A stretch of 64,000 bases of DNA from Vicinamibacterales bacterium (GTDB lineage Bacteria > Acidobacteriota > Vicinamibacteria > Vicinamibacterales > CAVVIG01). The position numbers were made by a program, and so were the translations under genes. Position 1 is the first letter of the stretch. Each line of letters begins with the position of its first letter. This document shows positions 62,000 through 64,000 of this stretch, in pieces. The notes beneath the pieces were generated by a model, which searched no databases, was not told where the DNA came from, and was given only the letters and a program-made list of their open reading frames with translations. Where the stretch lies: the NCBI GenBank assembly GCA_036557365.1, contig DATBHR010000094.1, positions 981 through 64,980 on the forward strand, read 5' to 3'.

Positions 62000-64000
62000 A
62001 TGAATCAACAGTTCAATGCGTTCCGGCTGTGCGACCGACTGGTCGAGCCGTCGCTCAACCGCGTCACGGCCACGACCGGTGAAGCCGTCCAGGTCGAGCC
62101 GAAGATCATGGAGGTGCTGGCGGCGCTTGCGGCGCGTCCGGGCGAAGTCGTCACCCGCGACGAGCTGATGGCGCAGGCCTGGGCCGGCGTCTTCGTCACC
62201 GACGACGCGCTCCATCGCGCGATTCGCGAGATTCGCCGGCTCTTCGACGACGATGCCGAGCGCCCCCGGGTGGTCGAAACGATCCGGAAGCGCGGCTATC
62301 GATTGATCGCGCCCGTCTCCAACGCCTCAGAGCTCATCGAAACCCAGCCGGCCACACCACCGGCTGTCCAGCGAGGATTCCTCGTCGCGACAGTCATTGG
62401 GGTTGCGGCGCTCGCGGGTATTGCCGCGATCTGGCTCGGCGTCGCCCGGCCGTCGGTGGACACCGAAGGGCGCGTTCGCTTCGTGCCGCTCACGAGCGAA
62501 CCGGGAAACGAGATCGATCCCGCGCTCTCCTCCACCGGTCGTCTCGCGTACGTCGCGCGCGCCGACGATGGCCGCGCGCATATCTTCACCAAGACTCAGA
62601 GCGACGGGACGGCGACGCAGGTGACGCGCGGCGACGGCGCGGAGCGCGCGCCCGTGTGGTCGCCGGACGAATCCCGGCTGGCGTTCGTCGAACAGGACGC
62701 CAGCGGCTGTGCGATCCGCATTGCAGCGGCCGACGGCCGCGAAGCCCGCACGTTGATACCGTGCACGTCGACGGAAGAGTTCCGCATGTCGTGGTCGCCG
62801 GACGGACGCTTTCTGGCGCTCACCGTCGGCGCGATGACGATGCAGTCGCCGTCGCACATCGATGTCATCGACGTCGAGGGCAGCGTCCGCCGCAGCGTCA
62901 CATCGCCACCGCCGGCGCACGCCGGCGACTGGTCGCCGGCCTTCTCGCCCGACGGCCGATCGATTGCGTTCGTGCGCAACATCGGCGGCTCGATCGCCGA
63001 CATCTTCGTCTCGCCGCTCGACGGTGGCCAGCCTCGACGCGTCACGACCGACAACGCGGACGTGCTCGGCGTGGACTGGGAGCCGGACGGCCGCCATCTC
63101 GTCTTCTCATCGGATCGCGCCGGCGGGATCGGCGTCTGGCGCGTGAGCGTCGACGGCGGCGAACCAACCCTCCTCGCCGGAGGCGGCGCCAAGCTGAAAC
63201 ATCCGAGCGTGGCCCGCTCGACAGGGATGGTCGCGTACGAGGACTGGCAGTACGAGATCAATCTTCGCGAGCAGTCGACTGATGCTCACCAGTCCGCGAC
63301 GGGCGTGCCGGTCAGCCCGACCGGCGATCGATGGAACTTCTTCCCGCAGATTTCTCCCGACGGCCGCCGCCTCGTATTCGAGTCGACGCGATCGGGGCAT
63401 TACGAGCTGTGGATGAGCGATCGGGATGGATCGAACGCGCGTCCGTTGACGCGATCGGCCGTCTACAAATCGCCCGCGCGCTGGTCGCACGACGGACGAC
63501 GGCTCGCATTCACGTCACGCACGGAAGGGCACACCGTCATTTCATTGCTCGACGTCGACACGGACGCCATCCGGACACTCGGTGTGGACCAGACCAGCGC
63601 GGTCGCTCCAGCCTGGTCTGCCGACGATCGATCGATTTACGTCGGCTCGCTGCGAAGCGGCGCCTGGCAAATCTGGAAACTGGCGGTCGACACCGGTGAC
63701 GCGCAGCAGGTCACGACCGACGGCGGCTACGCGGCGCTCGCCTCACCGGATGGCCGATGGCTGTACGTGTCCCGGCTTGATCGACGCGGCCTGTGGCGCC
63801 GGCCCGTGGACGGTGGCGCGGAGACGCTGGTCTCCGAGCACGCGCAGGCGGAGCAGTGGCCGAACTGGGGTCTGCTGGCGAACGGTATCTACTACGTCAG
63901 CTGGCCGGACGACGACGATCCGTGCGTCACCGTGCTCGACAACGGATCGAACGCGCCGCGTGTGCTCGCGCGAATGAAGGACTACGCGTGGACCGGCATC
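62000..64000 (+). CDS. CadC/OmpR-type winged-helix DNA-binding protein, single TM, TolB-like beta-propeller; C-terminus runs off the right edge
   Basis: Hand translation from ATG 62000 gives [82 protein letters not shown]...[11 protein letters not shown]. It continues with [24 protein letters not shown] and repeated WSPDG/FSPDG/ISPDG propeller blades. The frame stays open to position 64000. Confidence 0.75.
   Translation, partial: MNQQFNAFRLCDRLVEPSLNRVTATTGEAVQVEPKIMEVLAALAARPGEVVTRDELMAQAWAGVFVTDDALHRAIREIRRLFDDDAERPRVVETIRKRGYRLIAPVSNASELIETQPATPPAVQRGFLVATVIGVAALAGIAAIWLGVARPSVDTEGRVRFVPLTSEPGNEIDPALSSTGRLAYVARADDGRAHIFTKTQSDGTATQVTRGDGAERAPVWSPDESRLAFVEQDASGCAIRIAAADGREARTLIPCTSTEEFRMSWSPDGRFLALTVGAMTMQSPSHIDVIDVEGSVRRSVTSPPPAHAGDWSPAFSPDGRSIAFVRNIGGSIADIFVSPLDGGQPRRVTTDNADVLGVDWEPDGRHLVFSSDRAGGIGVWRVSVDGGEPTLLAGGGAKLKHPSVARSTGMVAYEDWQYEINLREQSTDAHQSATGVPVSPTGDRWNFFPQISPDGRRLVFESTRSGHYELWMSDRDGSNARPLTRSAVYKSPARWSHDGRRLAFTSRTEGHTVISLLDVDTDAIRTLGVDQTSAVAPAWSADDRSIYVGSLRSGAWQIWKLAVDTGDAQQVTTDGGYAALASPDGRWLYVSRLDRRGLWRRPVDGGAETLVSEHAQAEQWPNWGLLANGIYYVSWPDDDDPCVTVLDNGSNAPRVLARMKDYAWTGI

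Noticed and set aside
1-64000. Prophage, integrative element, IS element or genomic island boundaries.
   Set aside because: No integrase, transposase, recombinase, phage structural gene or tRNA attachment site was recognised. By eye, composition looks uniform apart from the short low-complexity spacers already reported.

Overview
The window is GC-rich (about two-thirds G+C by eye, not computed), very densely coded and chromosomal in appearance. Gene content suggests Acidobacteriota or a similar soil phylum: an ECF sigma factor paired with a Ser/Thr kinase, a CadC-type regulator fused to a TolB-like propeller, Tat-exported IorAB-type molybdoenzymes and a four-helix-bundle gene. That taxonomic call is inference only. 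I support about 58 protein-coding genes, all by motif recognition on the supplied or hand-made translations, because no database search was possible. Many gene pairs are joined by ATGA, GTGA or TGATG start/stop overlaps. I found no rRNA, tRNA, CRISPR array, transposase, integrase or phage genes.

Main blocks:
- 1-5282 (-): ECF sigma, Ser/Thr kinase, quinone reductase, FKBP, aldo-keto reductase and MFS transporter.
- 6096-13660 (-): a ten-gene run containing thrB, thrC, a threonine-dehydrogenase-like SDR and an ABC importer.
- 13667-21503: peptidase, AtoE, methyltransferase, an MBOAT/AlgJ-like pair and a DUF4126 protein.
- 21534-29514 (-): two peptidases, then a unit of CDP-alcohol phosphatidyltransferase, a GtrA fusion, a hypothetical protein and a Dabb protein, then an ABC-F ATPase.
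- 33048-40888 (+): an esterase-like lipoprotein, IorAB-like oxidoreductase number 1, a zinc-ribbon protein, a micro-ORF, an AsmA-like protein and a DUF1295 protein.
- 40871-47836 (-): ExeM/NucH nuclease, ProX, a CxxC protein, RmuC, a GIY-YIG protein and a DUF45 protein.
- 48037-53595 (-): a TolC-RND-MFP efflux operon.
- 53856-59098 (+): mreB, the four-helix-bundle cassette and a WYL-regulator operon.
- 59165-64000: IorAB-like oxidoreductase number 2 and a CadC/TolB-like regulator.

Strongest candidates for something not yet described:
1. Two intergenic elements are built from inverted arrays of 8-nt tandem repeats. One encloses a four-helix-bundle (IVS/Avd-family) gene at 54882-55489. The other has no ORF and fills 5796-6091.
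2. A tightly coupled module of a CxxC protein, RmuC, a GIY-YIG protein and a DUF45 protein lies directly downstream of a secreted ExeM/NucH nuclease.
3. A unit links a CDP-alcohol phosphatidyltransferase, a GtrA fusion protein, an unknown protein and a Dabb protein.
4. A 49-codon Cys/His-rich micro-ORF at 38103-38252 is too short to appear in the ORF track.

None of these is proven. Each needs homology, structure or expression checks.
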